The notes below the pieces were generated by a model. That model was not told the DNA's origin. It did no database searches and worked only from the letters and a program-made list of their open reading frames with translations. A stretch of 64,000 bases of DNA from Camelus dromedarius. Lineage: Eukaryota. The stretch lies in the NCBI RefSeq assembly GCF_036321535.1, contig NC_087437.1, forward strand, positions 103,418,001 to 103,482,000, in the 5' to 3' direction. Within the stretch, counting starts at the first letter, position 1. Every line of letters begins with the position of its first letter. This document shows, in pieces, positions 63,713 through 64,000 of the stretch. The translations under genes and the position numbers were made by a program.

Positions 63713-64000
63713 TTAACATGTAAATCAGATGCCTGCTAGTATTAAAAGCTATACTAAATACTTTATATGAAGTAGTTATTTGATAAAAAGTCATTTGAAT
63801 TTTTATATATATATATGTCTTAATTCTCATCTTACAAATGATGGAATCGAGACTAAAAGAAGTTACAAAATCAGTTCATTATCACACATTTAGGATAATA
63901 CTGTACCTCTCAAAACCCCATGCTATTTCCATTATTTCATTATTTTAAAAAATGATTTTTAAATCACATACACTACGTGATTGTGGAAGTGATTAATAGT

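Noticed and set aside
1..64000. tRNA, rRNA, snRNA genes, CRISPR arrays or operon-like systems
   Set aside because: None recognisable; the sequence is mammalian intronic/intergenic DNA.

Overview
AT-rich eutherian genomic DNA, roughly half of it recognisable interspersed repeat. It is probably camelid: the young L1 3' ends look Vicugna/Camelus-like and I saw no Bov-A, PRE-1, CHR or Alu SINEs (inference by eye). No intact protein-coding gene can be named. Firm calls are a 5'-truncated RPL8 processed pseudogene (14.43-14.88 kb), a decayed hAT-Tip100 (Zaphod-like) transposase fossil (3.9-5.0 kb, minus strand), several solo LTRs (ERV1, ERVL, MaLR), L1/L2/CR1/MIR fragments and microsatellites. The strongest non-repeat signal is a tiny, very CpG-dense island at about 33.81-34.05 kb. 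It has promoter-like motifs, a strong splice donor, a 151-nt candidate intron and a 36-nt candidate exon, inside a broader CpG-retaining zone; two more candidate micro-exons lie at 59.6-60.0 kb. This may be the 5' end of an unidentified plus-strand gene or lncRNA. I found no convincing evidence of a new multi-gene system. Repeat subfamily names and boundaries are recalled by eye and approximate, and most ORF-track entries look spurious.
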